Source: an uncultured Gemmatimonadaceae bacterium
GTDB taxonomy: Bacteria > Gemmatimonadota > Gemmatimonadetes > Gemmatimonadales > Gemmatimonadaceae
Direction of reading: 5' to 3'
Assembly (NCBI GenBank): GCA_963740355.1
Contig: CAVUDW010000002.1
Span: forward strand, 1,856,001-1,920,000
DNA: 64,000 bases
This document shows, piece after piece, positions 49,357 through 58,171 of the stretch; within the stretch, counting starts at the first letter, position 1; each line of letters begins with the position of its first letter. The notes beneath the pieces were generated by a model. It did not search any database. It was not told the DNA's origin and saw only the letters and a list, made by a program, of their open reading frames with translations. Both the position numbers and the translations under genes were made by a program.

Positions 49357-50411
49357 GCACGCTCCGAGTAGGTGTGGAGTTCAGAGAACGGCGCCGAGGC
49401 AGGCACCTGAAGCCAGGCCCGAACGTCGGGTCGGATGTGATCGGTGCGGAGGAGCCAGCTGATTGCGGTTTGCAGCGCAGCCTGCGTCCCGGTCGATCGG
49501 TACCCGATTGCACGAGCGGCGCTGTCGTCGTACCAGTACCAACGTCCCATCATCCGCACTTCGTCTCGCGTCAGCGCGGGAGGCAGCCCGGACGTGCGCG
49601 AAAACCACTCGGCCCAGGCTGCAGTGAGGAAGGCGCCTGTATGTGTCGCCGTCAGCAAGGGGCCCGTCGTACCGCAGAGCGCGGAGATCTGGGAGTGCAG
49701 GTCGCGCCACGACAGGTTTTCAGCGCCGAGGATGTACGAGCGGCCCGGCGTGCCCTTCTCAGCGACGAGCAGATGGCCGCGTGCGATGTCGGTTGCCGCG
49801 ACCACGTTGCAACCACCGGCAAAGGTCGTGCGGAACGGATCGTTGAGATACTTCACGATGATCGCATTGCTTTCCGAGAGCCCGTAATCCCACGCACCCA
49901 TCGTCAGTGTCGGGCAGACGGCGACGAGCTCGATGCCGAGCGAGGCTGCCGTCGAAAACGCCACCGCCGACTGCCTGAACTTCGAGACGGCGTACGCTGA
50001 TGCGTCCTCCGCCGTGAATGATGCGTCCTCGTTCCGTGGCTCGGCTGACGCTGACGACCCGAAGATCACCGATGACGAGGTCAGCACCACACGCTTCACG
50101 CCAGCTCCAGCGGCGGCGGTGATCATGTTTCGCGTGCCATCGATCGCCACCTGCTCGAGCTCGGAAGCGTTGGCGTTCCCGTACGAGAACCGTGCGGCGC
50201 AGTGAAAGACGCAGTCGACACCTGCCGCCGCTGAACGCAACGAGGCTGGGTCGAGTACATCGCCTTCAGACAACTCGATCGGCAGGCCGCTCAGCGCGCG
50301 TCGTGGCGGGCCGCGGCGGACGAGGGCCCGCACGTCCCATCGTTGCGCGAGCAGTTCGCGAACGAGGTTGGCTCCGACGATGCCGGAGGCCCCCGTGACG
50401 AGCGCCTTCAT
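49353..50411 (-). CDS. Extended SDR, NAD-dependent epimerase/dehydratase (HpnA/dihydroflavonol reductase-like)
   Basis: LVTGASGIVG, VFHCAA, LTSSS, YAVSK, DIARGHL, YILGAENL. Confidence 0.9.
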   Translation of the reverse strand: MKALVTGASGIVGANLVRELLAQRWDVRALVRRGPPRRALSGLPIELSEGDVLDPASLRSAAAGVDCVFHCAARFSYGNANASELEQVAIDGTRNMITAAAGAGVKRVVLTSSSVIFGSSASAEPRNEDASFTAEDASAYAVSKFRQSAVAFSTAASLGIELVAVCPTLTMGAWDYGLSESNAIIVKYLNDPFRTTFAGGCNVVAATDIARGHLLVAEKGTPGRSYILGAENLSWRDLHSQISALCGTTGPLLTATHTGAFLTAAWAEWFSRTSGLPPALTRDEVRMMGRWYWYDDSAARAIGYRSTGTQAALQTAISWLLRTDHIRPDVRAWLQVPASAPFSELHTYSERA

Positions 50412-52627
50412 GCCGAAGCCTCGCGCGCTTGTGGCGTGAAAGGCGTGGCCCCGATCGCAGCGAGGTCGCGACCAACGGCCTTGCCCAGCTCGGCGAGAAA
50501 GGTCATGGGTGTGAGGTCGGTCACGGCGCCGATCGGCGAACGCGCTCCGGACACGACACTCGGAGAGCCAAGGTTGCCAGCGAAGTGGGCGAAGCCCAGA
50601 TCATCGATGGCCAGCGGTTGCACTGACCCGGCGGCAGCGCTCTCGTCCGGCGTCGCCCATCCGAAGATCCGCGACACGAGCGCAATCGCGCCGGTGAGCA
50701 GGGCGCGAAGCTCCGAACCTTCCTCGATCGCACCGACGAGGACGGGCGGCTTGCCGATACGAAAGCTGCGCCCATCGTAGGCGGCGCGGAGATTCGCCAT
50801 CGTGCCATCGAAGAAGCGACCGTATGCGTCCGCCACCAGTTCGCCGTGTACGCCAGGCCAGCGTTCGATGCGCGCCGCGGCAAGCATGGTTGGCAGCTTG
50901 AATCGCTGTCGTGCGAAGACCTGTACCTCGACCTGGCCGGCGCCAGTTCGCCGAAAAGCCACGCACCCGTCATCGGAGTCAGCGGATCCATTCACACTTT
51001 GCATCGTGCGCCAATCGATCCGCTGCTCATCGCTCGAGTAGTGCATCACCTCGAGCTTCTCGACATCGATACTGTCGCCACCAAAGACGGCCGTCCAGTT
51101 CGGCTGCGGCAGGTAGAGATTCCGCTCGGCCTGTCGTGTCGGACGTCCTTCGGCATCGCGGGTGATCACACGCCAGGAGCCGCCGAGGTAGTCGTTCATG
51201 TTGCGAATCGACGCCGAGATGTCCACTCGCTCGACGAAGCTGTCGTAGTCGAGCGGGAGTAGGCGTTGCGCGGCGAAGTGGATGTGCCCGGCCACGGTGC
51301 GGAATCGGAAGCCGCGTGAGTCCTGCGGCGCTCCATCCAGCACCCGAGATTGTGCCGCCACGATCCGGCGCGTTTCGTCGAAATCATTTGGCGAGAAGGT
51401 GCGCAGGTCGAGGTTGATCGGCGCCAGCGATTGTCGGACGTCGCCCTTCGTGACGTTGGTGGAGAAGGTCTCGCGTGAACCAGCGAGAAAGCCGAGCAGG
51501 CTCTCGAGGAGGGTCTCGATCCAGTCGCGCACTCGTGCATCGCTGATCTTGTCGAGACGGCCAAGCACGGTTGCCGAGACCTGATCCACGATCACATCGC
51601 GAAAAGGGAAATGCTCGCGATCGGTCACTTGCAGCACGGCGGTCGCAAAGGCGTCCAGTTCAGGCCAGCGGCTACGACTGCGAATCGCGTCGATTCGGGT
51701 GGCCGTCGGATTGGTCCAGTCACGCCATGGCGATGCGTCGCCGTCAAGCACCCATGCCGAGGGCAGACCTACCTGATCGAGCGCACGACCGTTGATGGGT
51801 GAGGAGTGTGGATCACCACTCATCTTCAACGCGCCGATCCAGTCGGCGAGCAGGGCATTGGGCGATGCAATGATCGTGTCGGTCTGGATCGGGTTCGAGA
51901 TTCGGGAGCCCGCGCGTCCGTGACTGCCGACCACCGCATCGATCAGCGCAAAGTCCGGTGGACAGGCGCGCAGCAGTTGCAGCGCGGCGTCTTCCGGCGA
52001 CCAGTGCGTGGCGTCGCATTCGGTGGAGACGAGACCCAGCAGGTTGGCGACGGCGAGCGCGTAACTCCATGCGTCGTCGGTCTTCGCTTTCGCAAAAGAG
52101 ATTCGGATATCCGCTGATGCCCATACGCCGTTGACGCGAAGTGCTCCGGAGTCATCGTAGCGATCGAGCGCCACTGGCTGCGGGTCGTCGTCCACCCACG
52201 CAAAGTCGTATGGCTGCCCTTCCGGTGCCTCGAAGTGATAGCCGATGAGATCGGGGACTGAGAGGCCTTCGCGGTTGCACAACCAGCGGTCCGGCTTGTT
52301 GCGTCCATCGCAGAGCGTGACGTTCGCATAACCGGCAGTTCGCAGCTTGACGACCAGCAACTCGACCAGCTGCGGATCAGTACCCGTGTGCGAGTCGAGG
52401 GCGAACACATCGAGATCAGGCTTGATGACGATCGCGAGGTCACTCTTTCGCCGACGTCGAGACGCCCGTCGCTTGCTGAGCATGCTCCAGAAACCGGCAG
52501 CCTCGAGCGCACGGTCGAGCAACGATTCCGGTGTTGCACCGTGCTCGTGTGCAACCGCGACGGCGACCGGTGCCGTCGTGCTTGCTGGAGTCGCGATGTT
52601 CGAAATCGAAGTGCGCGTGCCTGTCAT
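50408..52627 (-). CDS. DUF362-like domain fused to a C-terminal SRPBCC/START-like domain
   Basis: IVIKPD, TDPQLV, ADIRISFAKAKTD, PDFALID, IIASPNALLAD; C-terminal RIDWRT..S.NGSA..DDG.V.F strands plus a long helix. Start approximate. Confidence 0.7.
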   Translation of the reverse strand: MTGTRTSISNIATPASTTAPVAVAVAHEHGATPESLLDRALEAAGFWSMLSKRRASRRRRKSDLAIVIKPDLDVFALDSHTGTDPQLVELLVVKLRTAGYANVTLCDGRNKPDRWLCNREGLSVPDLIGYHFEAPEGQPYDFAWVDDDPQPVALDRYDDSGALRVNGVWASADIRISFAKAKTDDAWSYALAVANLLGLVSTECDATHWSPEDAALQLLRACPPDFALIDAVVGSHGRAGSRISNPIQTDTIIASPNALLADWIGALKMSGDPHSSPINGRALDQVGLPSAWVLDGDASPWRDWTNPTATRIDAIRSRSRWPELDAFATAVLQVTDREHFPFRDVIVDQVSATVLGRLDKISDARVRDWIETLLESLLGFLAGSRETFSTNVTKGDVRQSLAPINLDLRTFSPNDFDETRRIVAAQSRVLDGAPQDSRGFRFRTVAGHIHFAAQRLLPLDYDSFVERVDISASIRNMNDYLGGSWRVITRDAEGRPTRQAERNLYLPQPNWTAVFGGDSIDVEKLEVMHYSSDEQRIDWRTMQSVNGSADSDDGCVAFRRTGAGQVEVQVFARQRFKLPTMLAAARIERWPGVHGELVADAYGRFFDGTMANLRAAYDGRSFRIGKPPVLVGAIEEGSELRALLTGAIALVSRIFGWATPDESAAAGSVQPLAIDDLGFAHFAGNLGSPSVVSGARSPIGAVTDLTPMTFLAELGKAVGRDLAAIGATPFTPQAREASA

Positions 52628-52857
52628 CTGCGAGAGGGCGAGACGGTGGCGTACGTCTATCGATGTGAATGCTCGTGCAATTGCACTGCAAGAACGAAGT
52701 TGCAAGGTCGTGTTCGCTGATACTTCACACGACTCTTCAATACAGAAGACGTCTTGACGCAGCGAGTGTGCTCATGCAACCTGTGTCGCAATGACAACGT
52801 AGGTTTGATCGCGCGCGTCCACAACGTGCTTCGCTGCAGAAGCAGGAGTGAACGGGA

Positions 52858-53424
52858 ATGAGCGTCAGCGTACCGCAACCGTTCCACACCACGGTGCACG
52901 CCGCGCAGCCGTTTCGCGCGAAAGTCGAGGGCGTTCCGACGTCGTTCACGATTGGAATTTCCGATCTGCCGTCGCTGGATGTGTCGGTGGAGAAGATCCC
53001 GGTGCTGCACCTGAGCGTTGACGCGATCCCCGCGGTGCATCTCAGTGTGGACGCCATTCCACCGTTGCACATCAACATCGACACGCTGCCGCCGATCAAG
53101 GTGGAGCTCGCTCCGATCGAACTCAAGCTCAGCGAAATACCATCGACGCGTGTGCATATCCCGGCAGACTTTGCGGTCAGCCTGTCGCTGCTTGGAATGG
53201 ACTTCGGCTCGGTGCGGCTGTGTGGCGAGGCGCAAGTCATCACCGAGCCGTACAAGCCGAACCCGTGTGAGATCTGCAGTCGGGCACCCGCTGATGCGGT
53301 GATCGTGAAGCCCACCGAGCCGATCGTGCCCAGGCCGAACGATCCTGTCGTGGTGAAGCCGCGCGATCCGGTGGTGGGTCAGCCGGTCACGCCCGTGACG
53401 CCGACGCCACGTCCACCGAATTGA
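52858..53424 (+). CDS. Hypothetical protein with 10-aa (I/L)PxhxhxhD repeats, CxxC and Pro-rich tail
   Basis: AGGAG RBS; repeats IPVLHLSVDA/IPAVHLSVDA/IPPLHINIDT; PCEIC. Confidence 0.8.
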   Translation: MSVSVPQPFHTTVHAAQPFRAKVEGVPTSFTIGISDLPSLDVSVEKIPVLHLSVDAIPAVHLSVDAIPPLHINIDTLPPIKVELAPIELKLSEIPSTRVHIPADFAVSLSLLGMDFGSVRLCGEAQVITEPYKPNPCEICSRAPADAVIVKPTEPIVPRPNDPVVVKPRDPVVGQPVTPVTPTPRPPN

Positions 53425-53427
53425 TGT

Positions 53428-54186
53428 ATGGCGCAGGCGACAAAGACCGAGGGTGAACCGACCGCCGTCCGCTTCCGCGGCATTCCGTCCGGGCTGACAG
53501 GTGTCATCCCCGAGCTGACGGAATCGGCGTCGGAGATTGCGCTCACGATTCGTGGCGTGCGTGAACCGAAGGATTCCATCGACTTCATGGTTCAGTCCGA
53601 CATCGATCCGCGCGTGTTGCGACTCTTCCTGCCGGCGGACGTGGTGCCTGGCAAATACAGCGGTGTCCTGTCGCTCGACGGCAACACTCGACCGGCGCAG
53701 GTGGAAGTTGAGGCTGCACCCCATCTGCGCGCCTTCCCGGAACAGCTGCGACTCACTGCGCGACCCGGTGAGACAGTCAGGCAGCAGCTCACCGTGCTGA
53801 ACGATGGCAACGTGACTGTCACGCTTCGCAAGGTGCAGGCATTCGGAGTGATCCTTGCTGGAGGCATCGAACGGGCGTTGCGTCGTGCCTATGTGACCAG
53901 GCTGGCCGAGACCCAGCGGCGCGTGGATGTGATCGCCGACTCGATCGCCGCGGCACACGGCGGACTGGTGAAGATGTCGCTCGACGGTGGGGCCGTGTCG
54001 CTGCGACCCGGTGAGTTGCGCGAAATCGACGTCACGATCCGGCTTCCCAACGAGCTATCGCCGGGAGCGGAGTATGGTGGCAACTGGGAAGTCGCCGGGC
54101 TCGTCTATCCCGTCATCATCCAGGTATCGGGCACGAAGACCGAGCCGAGTGACGACGAGCATGACGATCCGCCCGTCGTCAACTGA
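53428..54186 (+). CDS. Hypothetical protein with Ig-like beta-sandwich signatures
   Basis: Starts 3 nt after the upstream stop; PGKYSG, PGETVRQQLTVLNDGN, LRPGELREIDVTIRLP, PGAEYGG. Confidence 0.78.
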   Translation: MAQATKTEGEPTAVRFRGIPSGLTGVIPELTESASEIALTIRGVREPKDSIDFMVQSDIDPRVLRLFLPADVVPGKYSGVLSLDGNTRPAQVEVEAAPHLRAFPEQLRLTARPGETVRQQLTVLNDGNVTVTLRKVQAFGVILAGGIERALRRAYVTRLAETQRRVDVIADSIAAAHGGLVKMSLDGGAVSLRPGELREIDVTIRLPNELSPGAEYGGNWEVAGLVYPVIIQVSGTKTEPSDDEHDDPPVVN

Positions 54187-54265
54187 GCAGTCGCTGTGGT
54201 ACGACGGCGAGACGAACCACCGCTCGCATGTGACGTGGGAACGCCAGACCTCTGGAGACTCTACG

Positions 54266-54910
54266 ATGGCTTCGACGACGAAAGCCCGGCCGATGGGCGA
54301 TGTGCCCGGCGCATTCATGGGACTGCTGGCCGCGCAGATGAAGCTCGGGCAGCAGTTGTATGAAGACTTCACCGGAATGAAGGCACCGGACATGACATCG
54401 TCGATGTCGCAGTCGTGGAACGCCTGGCAGGAGGCGCTCATGAATCCTCCCGTGGCGACGCCGTCCTGCAGCGTTCCGCCGCCGTGCTGGATGCCGAAGA
54501 AACTCGGCGACATCACCAGCTACGCCTGCGGCTGCAGCACCGTCAAGGTGAAGATCGAAGTCACGAACTGCGACCGTGTGGCGCGAACCTTCAGCGTGCG
54601 GAGCGATGGCGTGGAGGGGGTGAAGATCGCACCCGACTCCATCAGCCTCAACCCGATGCGGCGGGGGACGATCGAGGTCTCGTTCAAGCTGCCGGAGGAC
54701 ATCGACGAAGGCACCGAGTATGAAACGCTGCTCTGGATCGAGGGCTGCAACCAGCACGTCCTGCGGTGGACCATCGTCGCCGGACACGCGGGGATGGATT
54801 CCACGCACGAAGTGAAGGTCAGCGATTGCCCGGACTACCGGCATCACTGGTACGACCACTTCTACTGCAATCGACCCTGCTCGCACACCCGGGTAACGCG
54901 CAATGGCTGA
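54266..54910 (+). CDS. Hypothetical Cys/His-rich protein (helix + Ig-like domain + DCPDYRHHWYDHFYC tail)
   Basis: GGAGA RBS; CSVPPPCWMP, YACGC, EVTNCD, IEGC; C-terminal His/Cys cluster. Confidence 0.82.
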   Translation: MASTTKARPMGDVPGAFMGLLAAQMKLGQQLYEDFTGMKAPDMTSSMSQSWNAWQEALMNPPVATPSCSVPPPCWMPKKLGDITSYACGCSTVKVKIEVTNCDRVARTFSVRSDGVEGVKIAPDSISLNPMRRGTIEVSFKLPEDIDEGTEYETLLWIEGCNQHVLRWTIVAGHAGMDSTHEVKVSDCPDYRHHWYDHFYCNRPCSHTRVTRNG

Positions 54911-55445
54911 TCGGACACAGATGGAAGACGTTATGCGCCGCGCGTTCGACGCCAACCTGCGTTACTGGGAAACAGTCGGGCGTGCGACCACCGACTACGT
55001 GCAGACAGTCTCGAAGTTGTGGGCCGACGCGCCGATCAGTTGGAAGCCGGCCACCATGACCTGGAACCCGGCCACCTGGGCGGGGCAGCGCACCGCGCAC
55101 GCTGATCACCGTCACGACGCTGCCGTGGCGCCAGCGCTGGTGCTCGAAGGGGTGGCTGGCGCGCAGGTTCGGACGGTGCTGATGATCAGCAATGACCTCA
55201 CCTGTGATGCCGACGCGACGGTCGAGATCTCGACGCTGCGCGGTCCCGATGGCCGCTTCGCGTCGGTCGAGGTCCGCGCCATGCCCGAGTCGTTGACGCT
55301 CGTCGCTGGTGCGCGTGCACCCGTCACGCTGGTGGCCGACATCACCGACGCCTTGCATGTGGACACCGACTATCACGGAGAAGTGACGGTGCCCGGACTG
55401 TCGACGAAAGGCGTGCCGATTGTGGTGCGGCGACGGGCGAAGTAG
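54903..55445 (+). CDS. Hypothetical protein (amphipathic helix + Ig-like domain)
   Basis: 8-nt overlap with the upstream gene; LVLEGVAG, LMISN, PESLTLVAG, YHGEVTVPG. Confidence 0.78.
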   Translation: MADRTQMEDVMRRAFDANLRYWETVGRATTDYVQTVSKLWADAPISWKPATMTWNPATWAGQRTAHADHRHDAAVAPALVLEGVAGAQVRTVLMISNDLTCDADATVEISTLRGPDGRFASVEVRAMPESLTLVAGARAPVTLVADITDALHVDTDYHGEVTVPGLSTKGVPIVVRRRAK

Positions 55446-55528
55446 TCGCGGCGCGCTATCGGATTTCCGGTGGCGCCAGGTTCGGTGAGAAGACTCCGAG
55501 CAACCGTTTCGATACAGCACGTTCGCCC

Positions 55529-55702
55529 TCAGTCAGGCTCGCGCTGCGCTCTCGCAATGTTGTTCAGCTGGCGCTGCAGCCGATCCAGTCGGTCCTCGAT
55601 CGGCTCGAGTGCGCCGCGGACTATCCAGCGGATGCCGTAGCCGAGCGCCGCGATGACGCAGCCATAGAAGATCAGGTAGGACAGAAATATGCCAAGGAAC
55701 AC
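55529..55702 (-). CDS. Small membrane protein (57 aa; TM helix + coiled coil)
   Basis: GGAG RBS before GTG; FLGIFLSYLIFYGCVIAALGYGI followed by IEDRLDRLQRQL. Confidence 0.6.
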   Translation of the reverse strand: MFLGIFLSYLIFYGCVIAALGYGIRWIVRGALEPIEDRLDRLQRQLNNIARAQREPD

Positions 55703-55793
55703 GTCGGCTCCAGCGAGGTGATAGTAGCGGCGTGATCTGACATTACACCTGTTTCGACAATAAAGACATCGCCGCGCCATCCCGGACTGGTCG

Positions 55794-55840
55794 AACAAAA
55801 ACACCGGGGCCCGTCCCGATTGGCAGGACGGACCCCGGTG
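55794..55840 (-). terminator. Intrinsic terminator for the SnoaL-like gene
   Basis: Minus-strand hairpin CACCGGGG-T-CCGTCC ... GGACGG-G-CCCCGGTG followed by TTTTTGTT. Confidence 0.75.
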
Positions 55841-55888
55841 CGCTTTCATAACCCATTGATGCGTCTGGATTTACCGCTCGGGGCAGCG

Positions 55889-56278
55889 TCAGCTCCCGGC
55901 GTTATAGAAAAACTCCTCATGCACGATCTTGCCGTCGCGCACCGTGTAGAGCGCCGCCTCTTCCATCGTGAATCGCTTCTGGGTCGGCTTGAACGTGATG
56001 TCGTATTTCATGTTCACGATGAATCGGTCACCATGCGGCCACGGGCCCGAAAACTGGGCATCGTGAATTTCATGGTTGTCCATCCACCACTGGCCCTTGG
56101 CCATGCAGGCCTCCATGCCGGTGGCCGTCGCCGGGCCGCTGCCGTCGGGGCTGCCAGCCTCGACGCTCACGATATCCGTGGAATACAAGGTCCGGATGGC
56201 TTCGGAGTTCTTGCCCTGCCGGCAGAGGTCGACCAGCGTCGTGCCAATCTCCATCGTACTCATCTGTGTCGTGCTCAT
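55889..56278 (-). CDS. SnoaL-like / NTF2 family protein
   Basis: LVDLCRQGK, LYSTDIVSVE, GDRFIV, MEEAALYTVRDGKIVHEEFFY; GAGGAG RBS. Confidence 0.88.
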   Translation of the reverse strand: MSTTQMSTMEIGTTLVDLCRQGKNSEAIRTLYSTDIVSVEAGSPDGSGPATATGMEACMAKGQWWMDNHEIHDAQFSGPWPHGDRFIVNMKYDITFKPTQKRFTMEEAALYTVRDGKIVHEEFFYNAGS

Positions 56279-56401
56279 CCGGAGCTCCTCGCCTTCAAGT
56301 GTCGTTGCATTCGGAATCGGGGCAGGACGATAGAGTCGCGCGCGACCGCCCGCAACGCCCCAGCATCTCGCGCCAGCGTGGGCCGCACGTAGCTTCGGCG
56401 C

Positions 56402-58162
56402 ATGCGCCTCTCTCGACTGTTCTCCCGCTCGCTGGCCACCACTCTTCTGCCTGCAGCGCTGCTCATCGCCTGCGGCCGTGCCGCTGCCACCGATGCGCCC
56501 CCGGACCTGATCCTGCACAATGCGCGGATCTACACGCTCGGATGGAGTGAGCCCTCGCTCGATGGGGTGCCTGCAAGCGATGCTCCCTTCGACGCCACAC
56601 AAGGCTGGCATCACGACGCCTCGGCGGTCGCGATCCGCGGTGGACGAATCGTGTACGTCGGCTCCGACTCTGGCGCGCTCGCGCACCGTGGAACGGCAAC
56701 ACGCGTCGTCGATCTTCAGCAAGCGGTGATGCTGCCCGGAATGGTGGATTCGCATACCCATGTCGCCGAGTTGGGACAGTCGCTGGATCGCGTGAACCTG
56801 ACCGGCCTCGCGACGGAAGCCGAGGCAGTGCAGCGCATCGTTGATCGCGCCGCAACCACACCGAAGGGGGAATGGATCATCGGCTATGGATGGGATGAAG
56901 GCGCGTGGGCCAACCACTACCCCGACAAGAAGCTGCTCTCGGAGCGGGTGCCGGATCACCCAGTCCTGATGCGAGGGTTGCACGGCTTCGCCGCGTGGGG
57001 CAACACGCTGGCATTGCAGCAAGCCGGGATCACGCGCGACAGGGCCGCGCCAACCGGTGGCGAGATCCGCAAGGACGCGACCGGAGAACCGACTGGGTTG
57101 GTCCTCAATCGCGCGGTGCCCTTGCTCGACGATGCGGTGCCGTTGCCAACAGCCGCACAGCGCGACAAACAGGTGCTGCGCGCCCTGCACGTCATGGCAG
57201 ATGGCGGCTACACCGGTGTGCATGAGGCAGGCGTCGCACCCGACGTGATGGCGTCATTCGAGCGCCTTGCCAGGCTGGATTCACTGCCACTCCGCGTCTA
57301 CGCAATGCTCAGCGGACGTGACTCGACGTTGATCCGACAGTGGATCAAGCGCGGCCCGTACACCGCGCCCAACGGCATGTTGGTGGTGCGGTCGGTGAAG
57401 GCGTATTTCGATGGCGCGCTCGGCTCGCGCGGCGCACAGTTGTTGTCGGACTATTCGGATCGAGCGGGCCACCGCGGCATCAGCGGCGGCGCCTATGGCT
57501 TCGATCGGACTGTCGTCGGCGATGCGATGTCGGCTGGATTCCAGGTTGGAATCCACGCCATCGGTGATGCTGGCAATCGCGCGACGCTCGACTTCATCGA
57601 CTCGGTGATGAAGGTCGCACCCAAGGCTCGTGATCTCCGGCATCGCATCGAGCACGCGCAGGTGGTGTCGCCACAGGACATTCCGCGGTTTTCAGCGCTT
57701 GGTGTGATTGCCTCCATGCAGCCCCCGCACGCCGTCGAGGACAAGGGGTGGGCAGAGGAACGACTCGGGCATGCCCGCATCGCCGGCGCGTACGCATGGC
57801 GCACGCTGCGCCGAGCGGGTGCGCATCTGGCCTTCTCCTCCGACCTGCCCGGGTCCGACTGGAGTCTGTTCTACGGCCTCCACTCGGCCATGACGCGCCA
57901 GGATACCACCGGTGCGCCACCGGGCGGCTGGTATCCCGACCAGAAGATGTCGCCCGAGGAGGCGGTGCGTGGCTATTCGGCGTGGAGTGCCTTCGCCAGC
58001 TTCGATGAGAAGGAAGCCGGCAGCATCGTGGTCGGCAAACGTGCCGACTTCACCGTGCTCGATGTCGATCCATTCCGCCTTGCCGCGCCCGCTGAGATGC
58101 TGCGCGGCAAGGTGCTCGTGACCGTCTCGCGTGGGCGGTTGGTCTACCAGCGCGCCCCGTGA
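56402..58162 (+). CDS. Amidohydrolase 3 (YtcJ-like) lipoprotein
   Basis: Lipobox LIAC; PGMVDSHTH, DGALGSRGA, HAIGD, RIEHAQ, SSDLP, GKRADF. Confidence 0.92.
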   Translation: MRLSRLFSRSLATTLLPAALLIACGRAAATDAPPDLILHNARIYTLGWSEPSLDGVPASDAPFDATQGWHHDASAVAIRGGRIVYVGSDSGALAHRGTATRVVDLQQAVMLPGMVDSHTHVAELGQSLDRVNLTGLATEAEAVQRIVDRAATTPKGEWIIGYGWDEGAWANHYPDKKLLSERVPDHPVLMRGLHGFAAWGNTLALQQAGITRDRAAPTGGEIRKDATGEPTGLVLNRAVPLLDDAVPLPTAAQRDKQVLRALHVMADGGYTGVHEAGVAPDVMASFERLARLDSLPLRVYAMLSGRDSTLIRQWIKRGPYTAPNGMLVVRSVKAYFDGALGSRGAQLLSDYSDRAGHRGISGGAYGFDRTVVGDAMSAGFQVGIHAIGDAGNRATLDFIDSVMKVAPKARDLRHRIEHAQVVSPQDIPRFSALGVIASMQPPHAVEDKGWAEERLGHARIAGAYAWRTLRRAGAHLAFSSDLPGSDWSLFYGLHSAMTRQDTTGAPPGGWYPDQKMSPEEAVRGYSAWSAFASFDEKEAGSIVVGKRADFTVLDVDPFRLAAPAEMLRGKVLVTVSRGRLVYQRAP

Positions 58163-58171
58163 GACGATCGG

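Noticed and set aside
49353..50411. Hopanoid biosynthesis cluster (hpnA)
   Set aside because: No squalene synthase, cyclase or other hpn genes in the window; family resemblance only.
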